Below, one piece after another: positions 40,064 through 50,108 of a stretch of 64,000 nucleotides of DNA. The stretch spans positions 1,824,001-1,888,000 of the forward strand of contig CAXXMV010000006.1 of the NCBI GenBank assembly GCA_963662285.2, given 5' to 3'. The translations under genes and the position numbers were made by a program. Source of the DNA: a bacterium. Lineage in GTDB: Bacteria; Hinthialibacterota; Hinthialibacteria; Hinthialibacterales; Hinthialibacteraceae. Position 1 is the first letter of the stretch, and each line of letters opens with the position of its first letter. Under the pieces are notes generated by a model. That model did no database searches. It was not told where the DNA came from and saw only the letters and a list, made by a program, of their open reading frames with translations.

Positions 40064-41524
40064 ATGCAAACGAATCATGATCGCCGTGATTTTCTGAAAA
40101 AGAGTGGACTGTGTCTTGCATCCCTGGCTATTCCTGGATGTAAGGGGGCTGAGGCTAGTTCAAATCAAGGGCAAAATGGTAAACCGCCCAACATCATCTA
40201 TATCATGGCTGATGATTTGGGCTATGCCGAATTGGGATGTTATGGTCAGGGAAAAATCAAGACGCCCAATATAGACCGATTGGCGTCGCAGGGGATGAAA
40301 TTCACCCAGCATTATTCCGGCAACCCGGTCTGCGCGCCTTCGCGTTGCTCGCTGATGACTGGTTTGCATACTGGACATACTCAAATCCGGGGCAATAAAC
40401 AGATTGGCGGGGAGGAAGGCTGGCAACTTGGATCAACCAAAGGAGGACAGTATCCCATAAAAGAGGATACTGTCACCGTAGCGAAATTATTACAGCGGGC
40501 AGGCTATAAAACCGGAGCATTCGGCAAGTGGGGCTTGGGAACCTATGGATCAAGCGGCGCTCCGGATAAACAAGGTTTCGATCATTTTTACGGTTATATA
40601 TGTCAGCGTCAGGCTCACACCTATTATCCCAATCACCTGTGGCGCGACGGTCAGGTTGAATGGTTAAATGAAAACAAAGATGGCAAAGAGAAAACCTATT
40701 CACATGATTTAATAGCAGAAGAAGCTTTGCAATTTATTCGTAAGTATAAAGATAAACCGTTCTTCTGTTACGTCCCATTTACCATACCTCATGTAGCGCT
40801 TCAGGCGCCGGAAGATTCCTTAAATGAGTATAAGGGCAAATGGCCGGAAACTCCATTTGAAGGAAGCGCTACATATTCGGCCCAAGAAAATCCCCGTGCC
40901 TGTTATGCTGCAATGGTGACGCGCATGGATCGATCAGTTGGTCAGATCATGGCGCTGTTGGGCGAATTAGGTCTTGATGATAATACTCTGGTGATTTTTA
41001 CCAGCGACAACGGACCAACCTTCAATGGCGGCTCGGATTCTGTCTTTTTTGAGAGCGCTAAACCATTACGCGGTTTGAAAGCATCCGTTTATGAAGGCGG
41101 GATCAGGATTCCCTTCGTCGCCCGTTGGCCAGGCAAAATAAAATCCGGATCAAGCAGCGATCATATCTCAGCCTTTTGGGATTTTCTGCCAACCTGTTGT
41201 GAAATAGCAGGCACTGAACCTCCATCTGAGATCGATGGCATATCAATGTTACCGACTCTCTTAAGTAAAAAAGCCCGACAGAAGAAACATAAGTACTTAT
41301 ATTGGGAACTCAGATACCAACAGGCTATACGCATGGGAGACTGGAAAGCAGTGCGTTTTCTCAAAAAAAATCAAACAGATGAGTTCTATGTATATAACCT
41401 GAAAGAGGATATCGGTGAACAACATGATCTAGCCGAGTCCAATCCAGAGGTTGCCGCGTTATTGAAAGAAATGATGGATAAAGCTCATGTGGATTCCGAT
41501 GTTTTTCCGCTAGTCAGAAGATAG
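40064..41524 (+). CDS. Arylsulfatase (S1 family), Tat-exported
   Basis: RRDFLK signal; MADDLG, CAPSR formylglycine motif, GKWGLG, SDNG. Confidence 0.95.
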   Translation: MQTNHDRRDFLKKSGLCLASLAIPGCKGAEASSNQGQNGKPPNIIYIMADDLGYAELGCYGQGKIKTPNIDRLASQGMKFTQHYSGNPVCAPSRCSLMTGLHTGHTQIRGNKQIGGEEGWQLGSTKGGQYPIKEDTVTVAKLLQRAGYKTGAFGKWGLGTYGSSGAPDKQGFDHFYGYICQRQAHTYYPNHLWRDGQVEWLNENKDGKEKTYSHDLIAEEALQFIRKYKDKPFFCYVPFTIPHVALQAPEDSLNEYKGKWPETPFEGSATYSAQENPRACYAAMVTRMDRSVGQIMALLGELGLDDNTLVIFTSDNGPTFNGGSDSVFFESAKPLRGLKASVYEGGIRIPFVARWPGKIKSGSSSDHISAFWDFLPTCCEIAGTEPPSEIDGISMLPTLLSKKARQKKHKYLYWELRYQQAIRMGDWKAVRFLKKNQTDEFYVYNLKEDIGEQHDLAESNPEVAALLKEMMDKAHVDSDVFPLVRR

Positions 41525-41563
41525 AAAACAAGTTGGCTCAATCTTCCGTGAATGTGGATTACT

Positions 41564-41595
41564 CTCGAAATGACAGATCAATCTGTCATTTCGAG
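41564..41595. repeat. Perfect 15-bp inverted repeat (terminator- or REP-like)
   Basis: CTCGAAATGACAGAT-CA-ATCTGTCATTTCGAG. Confidence 0.6.
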
Positions 41596-41686
41596 TTCAC
41601 AATTACGGGCGCAGTATTATACAAAAACGTTATAACTACCTGCTATTAAAAACCTTACTTCTTGAAAAATAACATTTCTACCAATC

Positions 41687-41716
41687 TTGACAAAGCTATT
41701 TATTTTTTAGGATAAT
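41687..41716 (+). promoter_or_regulatory. Putative sigma70 promoter
   Basis: TTGACA-18nt-GATAAT upstream of 41806. Confidence 0.4.
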
Positions 41717-41805
41717 AGTTGCGAATTATCATTTATTCACTTAATCACTTAATCGTTTGCTTTACCTTATTTGGTTCGGTTTTTTATTTGACTTTGAGTT
41801 TCTAA

Positions 41806-43683
41806 TTGGGGAGTATTATAAAATTGAATATTTTAAATATCTCGGGACTAAGATATTCAAAAGCATTTTTCCTGTTCATTGTTCTTGCCTTAATCGTTAT
41901 ATCAACGTTGATAGGTTATGGAATTAGTATATTCAATGATCAACGTTTAAACTCGCTATTCGATGGTTCGGTGAAAGTATGCAAGCGTGAACAACCCGTC
42001 TTCTATCCACGCGTTCAATACCAAACCGACTCGTATCTGAATTCTCAAAATAATCACGTCAAGAATGATTCTGAATATTCAACTAGCACCGAAGCGGATG
42101 AAATTGCCTATGTTGATGGCGGAGACCGTAGCGCAGTTGAAGCGGCCATGAAAAAATTCGCCAGTCAAAAATCAACTGAACAATGGGGAGAAAGCGCCGA
42201 GTTGGCTCGTCTGCGATCACCCTCAACCTATAAAGACCGCCAACCCTATCAATCACTACAAATAATCTCTCCAGAAGACGGCGCCGTTTATCCGCCAAAT
42301 CTATGCGCACCATATATTGAATGGGAAGATCCTAATAATGACTTTTGGCAAGTCGTTCTGACCGTTGCTGGAAAAAATATTGATTACTATGTATCAGATT
42401 CCAGAAGATGGCGCATTCCCAAAAAGTTATGGAAAAACCTGCAATGTGATAATGTAAACCAGGAGATTCAGTTGCAGGTCAAGGGCATTAACCGATCCGG
42501 AGATATTCAGCGTGCAGACAAAATCCACGCTTCTGAAATAACCCGGTTTAAAATTTCCTCTGATCCGGCGGATGATTATATCGTCTACCGCTATGTAGCG
42601 CCTCCATTCAGTTCATATAAAACGCCCAATATTTTTATCCGGGATATCAGAGAAGATCACTCTAAAGATTTTCTCTCTGCGCGTCGTCGATATTGCATTA
42701 ACTGCCATACCTTCTCTTCCAAAAGCGGCGATACAGGGAAACTTAGCTTGCAGATTCGCAGTCTAGTTTCATCAGGACAGAACAAACTTCCGGTGTATGT
42801 CGCCATTTATGATATTGATAAGAAAACCGGCTTCAAAGTTAAATTGCCTTTCGAGATTCAGATGACCACCTTCATGGCATGGTCTCCTGATGGCAATCAG
42901 TTGGCTTACTCAGCCAACCAGAAGATAGCCGCCTTGAAACCCATAATTTACGAAACCCAAATGGCGGGCATGGCCACTTCGGATATTGCTTTATATGACC
43001 TGGATGAAAATGAGACTTACCTGCTACCCGGCGCCTCTGATCCCAACATGCTGGAAATTTATCCCTGCTATTCGCTGGATGGTGAAAATTTAGTATTCGC
43101 CCGCAGTCCGGTTGGATTACATCCGGCTCATATTCATTACGATTTATGCTCTTTATCTTTGAAAGAAAACGGTGAAAAAATAGCGCAGCCCATCGAAGGA
43201 GCATCAAATAACGGACGCAGCAGTTATTACCCGCACTTTTCACCTGATGGTAAGTGGTTCTCTTTCTGCCAAAGCGATGGAGGAGACCTTATCAGGACAT
43301 CGAGCGATATCTATTTGAAAAATAGTAATCTCCAAGGCGAAGCCCATTGTCTCGAAAGCAATGTCTCTTACGCTGCAGATTCGTGGCACAGCTGGAGTTC
43401 AAACGGAAAATGGATCGTTTTCGCCACCAAGCGCGATAGCGGTATATACGCCTATCTATATATGACGCATATAGATGATGAGGGGCATGCGTCTCCTGCG
43501 GTTCCACTGCCTTTGAGTGAGAAAATAAACGCCAGTTTTAATATTCCTGAATTTGTGGCGCATTCACCTAATATCCGCGATCCAAATCTCTTTGATTCTA
43601 TTAGAGTCGAACAAGAACCGCGCATGGCGAAATTAAAGAAAGTTTCTAAAGAGACTCCAGATGTCCAAAACAAAAAAGGTTAA
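41806..43683 (+). CDS. Membrane-anchored TolB-like (PD40) beta-propeller protein with a CxxCH motif
   Basis: N-terminal TM; CINCH; WSPDG, FSPDGKW, SWHSWSSNGKWIVF repeats; start uncertain. Confidence 0.8.
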   Translation: MGSIIKLNILNISGLRYSKAFFLFIVLALIVISTLIGYGISIFNDQRLNSLFDGSVKVCKREQPVFYPRVQYQTDSYLNSQNNHVKNDSEYSTSTEADEIAYVDGGDRSAVEAAMKKFASQKSTEQWGESAELARLRSPSTYKDRQPYQSLQIISPEDGAVYPPNLCAPYIEWEDPNNDFWQVVLTVAGKNIDYYVSDSRRWRIPKKLWKNLQCDNVNQEIQLQVKGINRSGDIQRADKIHASEITRFKISSDPADDYIVYRYVAPPFSSYKTPNIFIRDIREDHSKDFLSARRRYCINCHTFSSKSGDTGKLSLQIRSLVSSGQNKLPVYVAIYDIDKKTGFKVKLPFEIQMTTFMAWSPDGNQLAYSANQKIAALKPIIYETQMAGMATSDIALYDLDENETYLLPGASDPNMLEIYPCYSLDGENLVFARSPVGLHPAHIHYDLCSLSLKENGEKIAQPIEGASNNGRSSYYPHFSPDGKWFSFCQSDGGDLIRTSSDIYLKNSNLQGEAHCLESNVSYAADSWHSWSSNGKWIVFATKRDSGIYAYLYMTHIDDEGHASPAVPLPLSEKINASFNIPEFVAHSPNIRDPNLFDSIRVEQEPRMAKLKKVSKETPDVQNKKG

Positions 43684-46633
43684 TCAACCAGCTAATCAAC
43701 AACATGAATCAATCCATTCATGGTCTGCTATGCTGATTGGTATAAATCGATACCCGCGAGCAGCTGGTTTATTGATGATATCGGCGTTATTGTCAATATT
43801 GTATTGGATATCACTGCACTCAGCGACTTTCATAACGCATGATGACAGTATTCTGAAACTACCGCTTCTATCTCATATAAAAAACGCAACTACCATTTTT
43901 TCAAGGGATTTTCTGCTTTTTACTGAAGGTCAATACCGCCCGCTGAGTTATTTGATTATTGCAAGCTTCAGGACGTTAATATCCCCTGATAATACTCTTT
44001 TCTGGCATCTATTACTTTTGGGTTGTCATGCGCTTAACGCATATCTTGTCTTCTCGTTTACTCGGCGTCTTACATCCGGCCTGCTGGCTCCATTAGCGGC
44101 GGCATTAATCTTCGCAGCGCATCCGCTATGCACGGCTTTGGTGAACGATATAAATCTGTTCTACCAACTCATAGGAATAACTTTTTGTCTGGCTTCAATA
44201 AACGCATATACTGCTTTTCTACAGAAAGGATATTACTGGTATTACGCCATATCGATTACTACATATATTCTGGGGCTATTTACCTCCAGACAGGCATTCG
44301 TTGTTGGCCTTGTCTTGATCTTTATTGAGTTATTCTTCAGAAAAAACAAGATAATACCTATCTGTCTGCGCCTTCTGCCTTTTGCTTTGCTTATCTTTTT
44401 TCTCTTGCCAATTCTTAAGATGACCAATCCTCATCCGCTACATTTTAAGTATGTCGCAATTCATGAAGGCTCCTTCTGGCATGGATTTTATTCCATAACC
44501 GGCGCCGCCAAACAGTATGCCGGCGGCTTATTTTTCTCTCAATATTTTCCTCTTCCTATGAGCGAAATAGTCAAAAAAATATATAAATGGAATAATCCAC
44601 AGTTCCTCTTCTGGGCGACAACTAATATATTATTTTTTTGCGGCGCTCTATGGTTATTGCATCGTAAAAAATGGGGCGCTATTGGAGGGCTGATTATCCT
44701 GATTAGTATGATTCCCTACGCATCCGTGGCCTATAATCGCGTTATAGATTATGTTTCATGGACTTATTTATATCTCTCTATTGCCGGATTTAGTATAGCT
44801 TTAGCTTGGTTCATTGAATGGTTATATAATCATCAAAAACGGATCATTAAATATTCATCCATTGTTCTCTGTCTATGCATCATTTTCTTATACAGCATTC
44901 GAACCATGCAACTCAATTATGCTTCAAAATCCGCTCTTACATATTGGTCAAACCTATCAGATATGTATCCATTAAGTCAAATTGTTAACTATGAGATAGG
45001 CAAATGTCATCTCAATCAAGGTCAATTACCCTATGCGCTTCATCTTCTTTTCGCTCCCATGTATTCAGATTTAAAAAAATCATGCCTGGCAATGGCGGAA
45101 TATTACTGCAAAAAAGGCGACTTGCTGGCTTCCGCTATCCACCTGCGCTATGGATCAATTAAAAGCAATACCGGCATTGTTCTGCAATCCAATAGTGAAA
45201 TCGCCGCTGATCTATTTCTTAAAGCTAATGTGTTGGATCATGCGGAAGAGAACCTTGGTAAAATTCTGATGGTGAATCCTTTCAATACCCACGCCATGGC
45301 GGGATTGGCTAAAGTATGGTTTTATAAAGGCTACGTTCATGAAGCGTATCGTATGTTAGAGCGCATACGGGACATTGAGCCCCGAAATATTAACGCAAAA
45401 AATATTGAAAATGAATTTAACCGGGTGGAAAAAGCATGGCGCCAAGACCAAAACGCCTTGAAATTATCCCCTCCTCCTCCTGATTGGCTCAATTATGTAT
45501 TGACTCAGGAACGCACGCCGGAAATCAGGCGAAAAATAATTGATTTGAGCATGAAGGCTGATTTGAATGACGCCATTATTCAACTCGAAGCCATGATTGC
45601 TAATTTGGAAAATAAGAATTATGAATCAGCTGGACGCAATGCCGAGATTGTAGCCCATTGTTTATCTGGTAATCCCTATGCTTGCGCTGTATCCTGCGAA
45701 GCCCTGGCTCGATGCGGCAAATTTAGTGCGGCTATTAAACTGGGAATGAAAGCAATTAAATTAGATAGCAGCAGTGAGTTATCATGGAGATCGCTGGCTT
45801 TGGCTTATGCTTTGAAAGGAGAACTGAATGCCAACGACAAAGTATTTATGGAAGCTCTTGCAGCCAATCCGGGAGTGGCCTCCATGTTTTACTTCAACTT
45901 GGGAAAACAAAAACAAATAACTAATAATATTGAAGAGGCCGCAGCGCTGTTTCAAAAAGCGGTTGACGCCCGTCCAGACAATATTGAAGCTCAAAAGGCG
46001 CTGGGCAGCATCCTTCTAACACTAAATAAAACCGATAAATCCATTGAATCTCTCCAGAAAGCGATAGCAATAAAACCTGATGAACCGGAAGCTCATTTTC
46101 AATTGGGAAGAGGGCTGCTCAAACTGAATCAGAACGAAGCGGGAATAGAATCTTTGCAAACCGCCGTCAAACTAGCTCCTGATAATGTCAATTACCATTA
46201 TATTTTAGGCGCTGCTTATGCCAGGGTAAAAGATCACAAGAAAGCCATTATTGAGTATCGCCGCGTTATTGAATTGAAACAGGATCATATTAATGCGCAT
46301 TTTGCCTTGGGCAATGAGTTGCTTCGGATGCAGAAATCTGATGAAGCGATCAATGAATACCAGTTTGTCATAAAATTAAATCCCACATTTCAATATGTTC
46401 ATTTCAATCTGGGCTGGCTTTATCAGTCTCAAAATAAATTTGACCTTGCCATACCGGAATTTCTTGAGGAAATAAAAAATCATCCTGATATAAGCCGTTC
46501 CTATGATATGCTGATAAAGATTTATCATTCAAGAAAAGAGCCTGATCGCGTAAAAGAAATTGCTGATCAGGCAAAACAACGCGGTCTAACATTAACGCCT
46601 GAGACAGAAAAAATCCTTCAATCTTCAAACTGA
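43661..46633 (+). CDS. TMTC-like GT-C membrane protein with a C-terminal TPR array (putative protein glycosyltransferase)
   Basis: FITHDD, YRPL, FAAHPL N-terminal motifs; multiple TM segments; many TPRs. Confidence 0.75.
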   Translation: MSKTKKVNQPANQQHESIHSWSAMLIGINRYPRAAGLLMISALLSILYWISLHSATFITHDDSILKLPLLSHIKNATTIFSRDFLLFTEGQYRPLSYLIIASFRTLISPDNTLFWHLLLLGCHALNAYLVFSFTRRLTSGLLAPLAAALIFAAHPLCTALVNDINLFYQLIGITFCLASINAYTAFLQKGYYWYYAISITTYILGLFTSRQAFVVGLVLIFIELFFRKNKIIPICLRLLPFALLIFFLLPILKMTNPHPLHFKYVAIHEGSFWHGFYSITGAAKQYAGGLFFSQYFPLPMSEIVKKIYKWNNPQFLFWATTNILFFCGALWLLHRKKWGAIGGLIILISMIPYASVAYNRVIDYVSWTYLYLSIAGFSIALAWFIEWLYNHQKRIIKYSSIVLCLCIIFLYSIRTMQLNYASKSALTYWSNLSDMYPLSQIVNYEIGKCHLNQGQLPYALHLLFAPMYSDLKKSCLAMAEYYCKKGDLLASAIHLRYGSIKSNTGIVLQSNSEIAADLFLKANVLDHAEENLGKILMVNPFNTHAMAGLAKVWFYKGYVHEAYRMLERIRDIEPRNINAKNIENEFNRVEKAWRQDQNALKLSPPPPDWLNYVLTQERTPEIRRKIIDLSMKADLNDAIIQLEAMIANLENKNYESAGRNAEIVAHCLSGNPYACAVSCEALARCGKFSAAIKLGMKAIKLDSSSELSWRSLALAYALKGELNANDKVFMEALAANPGVASMFYFNLGKQKQITNNIEEAAALFQKAVDARPDNIEAQKALGSILLTLNKTDKSIESLQKAIAIKPDEPEAHFQLGRGLLKLNQNEAGIESLQTAVKLAPDNVNYHYILGAAYARVKDHKKAIIEYRRVIELKQDHINAHFALGNELLRMQKSDEAINEYQFVIKLNPTFQYVHFNLGWLYQSQNKFDLAIPEFLEEIKNHPDISRSYDMLIKIYHSRKEPDRVKEIADQAKQRGLTLTPETEKILQSSN

Positions 46634-46777
46634 AATTGTTTGCAAATATTATGCTTTTGTTAATTTTACAGTATTATCACGATTAATTCTTGATAAAATT
46701 CCTTTTATTGATTATTCTTTTATATTGGCATAGAATATTTTAAATAAATATCTACATCGAGAGGTTCCCCCAAAAAC

Positions 46778-47368
46778 ATGTTTAATTTATCCCGCAAATC
46801 TTATGCTTTTACTCTTATTGAATTACTTATTGTGGTTGCAATCATCGGCATCCTGGCGGCAATCGCCGTGCCCAATTTTCTTAACGCCCAGTTAAAAGCT
46901 AAAGTCGCCCGTGTTACATCAGATATGAAGGGTCTGTCAATCGCTATTGAATCATACAACATAGACCACAATCACTATCCCTATTTCAATGGATATAATT
47001 ATCCGGGGCAGTATCATTCAATCACCTATCATTTGATTCCATTGACCACTCCAGTTTCTTACATGGGCACTATAGATATTCAAGACCCATTTCTTAAAGT
47101 TCTTCCAGCTGAAGGATATGAAGACGATGAATTGCGTTATTCATATAATTATCGCAGTTATGAGAAATTCAGTGAAGCTTTGAATTTCAAATCCTGGGTG
47201 CTAAATAGCATGGGGCCGGATATGTCGCCTAACAAAGGATTAATGACTGAAGCATGGGCGCGTGGTTTATACACCCATGCGGAATTTGCCATTTATAACG
47301 TCAGCAACGGTCTGGTCAGTATGGGCGATATCCCAATGACTGGCGGCGCCACGCGGTATTCTAATTAA
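46778..47368 (+). CDS. Prepilin-type N-methylation protein, GspG-like pseudopilin
   Basis: AFTLIELLIVVAIIGILAAIAVPNFLNAQ. Confidence 0.92.
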   Translation: MFNLSRKSYAFTLIELLIVVAIIGILAAIAVPNFLNAQLKAKVARVTSDMKGLSIAIESYNIDHNHYPYFNGYNYPGQYHSITYHLIPLTTPVSYMGTIDIQDPFLKVLPAEGYEDDELRYSYNYRSYEKFSEALNFKSWVLNSMGPDMSPNKGLMTEAWARGLYTHAEFAIYNVSNGLVSMGDIPMTGGATRYSN

Positions 47369-47396
47369 TATCTAACCTTATTAGATAAAATAAATC

Positions 47397-47432
47397 GGGG
47401 AGACGTTCTTTGAATGAGCGCCTCCCCTTTTT
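47397..47432 (+). terminator. Intrinsic terminator
   Basis: GGGGAGACGTTC...GAGCGCCTCCCC followed by TTTTT. Confidence 0.7.
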
Positions 47433-47478
47433 CATATCTACATATCCAAGAATTTTCAGTAATCAATCAACTTTTTAA

Positions 47479-49938
47479 TTACTGAATCTGTACGCTGTAA
47501 GTTTGACCTTGCTTCGCATTGAATTGCGCAACATTCTTACCTTTAGATTCAATTAATTCAATGGCATTGTTTCTCGATTCAATCCCGGCAATCCGGCTGT
47601 TGGATGGAAGACGAAGTTTGCAAATGCCATCTTGCGATGCGGCTAAAGTGACAGCGCATGGCTTTCCGTCTTTCCATGAAATAGAAACCTCATATCCTTG
47701 TCGAGCGACTAATCCTGATACTGAACCGGATGCCCATGCTTCCGGAAGCGCTGGAAGGATGCATATCTCGCCATCATGGCTTTGCAGCAGCATCTCAGCT
47801 ATGCCCGCACAGGCGCCGAAGTTGCCGTCAATCTGGAAAGGCGGGTGTGAATCAAACAGGTTTGGTTGAGTCGATTTGGCTAAGAGTTTTTGGATATTCT
47901 CCAGCGCTATATCGCCCTCTTCAAAACGCGCCCAGAAATTTATCATCCAGGCCCGGCTCCAACCAGTGTGTCCACCGCCATGCGATAAACGGTATTCCAA
48001 AGATTTACGCAACGCAGCAGCCAGTCCCGGAGTTCCGCGCAGGGTAATCATGCGTCCAGGATGGAAACCGTAGAAATGCGACATGTGACGGTGTCCCGGT
48101 TCCGGTTCGTCATAATCTTTGATCCATTCCTGTAAACGGCCATCTTTTTGACTGATTTGCAAAGGCGCCAGTAAACCGAGCGCAGTGCGTAATCCTTTGC
48201 AAAAAGATTCATCTATATCCAATAGTTCAGCAGCTTCAATGCAATTGGTAAACAGGTCGTGGATGATCTCAATATCCATTGTGGAACCATAAGTAAACAT
48301 CGATTTGGTTCCATCCGGCTTCATGAATGAATTCTCCGGTGAATGCGATGGATTGGTCACCAGCCATCCTTCCGGCGAGGTTACAAGGAAATCCAACAGG
48401 AATAGCGCTGCTTCACGCATAATGGGATAGGCGCGTTCCGCCAGAAATTCTAAATCTCCGGTATAGAGATAATGCTCGTAGAAATGCCGGCAAGTCCAGG
48501 CGGCGCCTACCGGCCAGACTCCCCATACCCCATCAGCGGGAACGGTGAATCCCCAGACGTCAGTCAGGTGATGAACCACGAATCCACGGCAACCGTAATG
48601 CTCCCTTGCCGTGCGTGCACCTGATTCAACCAGCGACTCCATTAAATCAAATAGCGGAAGATGACATTCAGAAAGATTGCAAACCTCGGTAGGCCAATAA
48701 TTCATCTGAAGATTGATATTGGTATGGTAATCAGCGTTCCAGGGGGCGTTCATATGATGACTCCACAGCCCCTGTAAATTCGCAGGCATGCTTCCCGGAC
48801 GTGAACTGGCGATAAGTAGATAGCGTCCCAGTTGGAAATAGGTTGCAATCAATTGCGGGTCATGAGCGCCATTTTTCTTTACTGCTTCCAGGCGTTCATC
48901 GGTTGGAAGATTGTCTTTGTCGCTGCTTCCCAGATCGAGATCAACGCGGCGGAAAAGATTTCGATGATCGGCCAGGTGTACTTCCTTCATGGCTGAATAT
49001 GAAAGTCCACGAACCGATTCCAGCCCTTCCCTGCACTTCTTTTCAGGATCATCACCGTGGTAATCAGTGGCCGAAGTCAATAACAGAGCCACTTCATCAG
49101 CGCCTTTGATATCTATTACGCCATTGGCGTTAGTTGTTTTACCGCCTTTAACCATGGCCAGACATTGCAACTCAAATTTCATTCCTACTTGATTGCCAGT
49201 TTCATGGTGAGGACGGTTAATTTGTCCGCGCAATATTAACAGATCATCGTTTTTACTAAGGCATTTAGCATCTTTGAAGTCAATATCTTTATTTTTTGGA
49301 TCAAGGCGCTTAAGTGAAAATTTGGCTGATATGGCGCCCGGTTCATCTGCCGTCCAGCGCACTACGATAACGTCATGCGGATGGGAGGCGAAAACCTCTC
49401 TGGTATGCTCTACATAATCCGATGTATATTGTACTCCAGCGATTCCCGTATCCAGGTCTAACCATCGTCTGTATTTATTAACCTTTTCATTATTTCCGGT
49501 ATCGATAATGAGATCGCCCAGCGACTGATAAGATAGAATCCTGTCGGGAACGCCCATCATGGTTTCACCCGCCAGTTTGGTCGCTTCAGCGTTTTTGCCT
49601 TCAAACAACAGTGATCGAACCTGAGGCAACGCTTCCAGCGCTTTGGGGTTGATACGGTCGCGTGGATAGCCGTCCCACAGCGTATCGTCATTCAACTGTA
49701 ATCTTTCCTGATCAACTCCTCCAAAGACCATGCCGCCCAAACGTCCGTTGCCGATAGGCAGCGCATGATTCCAATCCACCGCTGGTTGCTGATACCATAA
49801 AATCCAGTTACCGGCGGGTTTCTCATCAGAACCATTGATTTGCATCATGGGCGACTTGTCTTCGGCTAAAGAAAGACTGCATACCGAAAAAAATAAGCCG
49901 CAGCAAATACTCAAAGAGATCCAAGTCTTATTTTTCAT
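47479..49938 (-). CDS. GH95 alpha-L-fucosidase family glycoside hydrolase
   Basis: ALPIGNGRLG, NINLQMNYW, HRHMSH, PPFQIDGNFG motifs. Confidence 0.93.
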   Translation of the reverse strand: MKNKTWISLSICCGLFFSVCSLSLAEDKSPMMQINGSDEKPAGNWILWYQQPAVDWNHALPIGNGRLGGMVFGGVDQERLQLNDDTLWDGYPRDRINPKALEALPQVRSLLFEGKNAEATKLAGETMMGVPDRILSYQSLGDLIIDTGNNEKVNKYRRWLDLDTGIAGVQYTSDYVEHTREVFASHPHDVIVVRWTADEPGAISAKFSLKRLDPKNKDIDFKDAKCLSKNDDLLILRGQINRPHHETGNQVGMKFELQCLAMVKGGKTTNANGVIDIKGADEVALLLTSATDYHGDDPEKKCREGLESVRGLSYSAMKEVHLADHRNLFRRVDLDLGSSDKDNLPTDERLEAVKKNGAHDPQLIATYFQLGRYLLIASSRPGSMPANLQGLWSHHMNAPWNADYHTNINLQMNYWPTEVCNLSECHLPLFDLMESLVESGARTAREHYGCRGFVVHHLTDVWGFTVPADGVWGVWPVGAAWTCRHFYEHYLYTGDLEFLAERAYPIMREAALFLLDFLVTSPEGWLVTNPSHSPENSFMKPDGTKSMFTYGSTMDIEIIHDLFTNCIEAAELLDIDESFCKGLRTALGLLAPLQISQKDGRLQEWIKDYDEPEPGHRHMSHFYGFHPGRMITLRGTPGLAAALRKSLEYRLSHGGGHTGWSRAWMINFWARFEEGDIALENIQKLLAKSTQPNLFDSHPPFQIDGNFGACAGIAEMLLQSHDGEICILPALPEAWASGSVSGLVARQGYEVSISWKDGKPCAVTLAASQDGICKLRLPSNSRIAGIESRNNAIELIESKGKNVAQFNAKQGQTYSVQIQ

Positions 49939-50108
49939 TAAAACCCTCCTAATTAATATAATTACTCTAACGACTACTATCAGAACATGTCAAGAAAATA
50001 TCAAGGGATGCCTTGGCGCTCCAGATGACTTTCATTATATCATCATGTAGTATTCTTAAGTCAGAAAGATTTTATAGATGAAAATTGATAAAAAGTAGGT
50101 TATTAACT

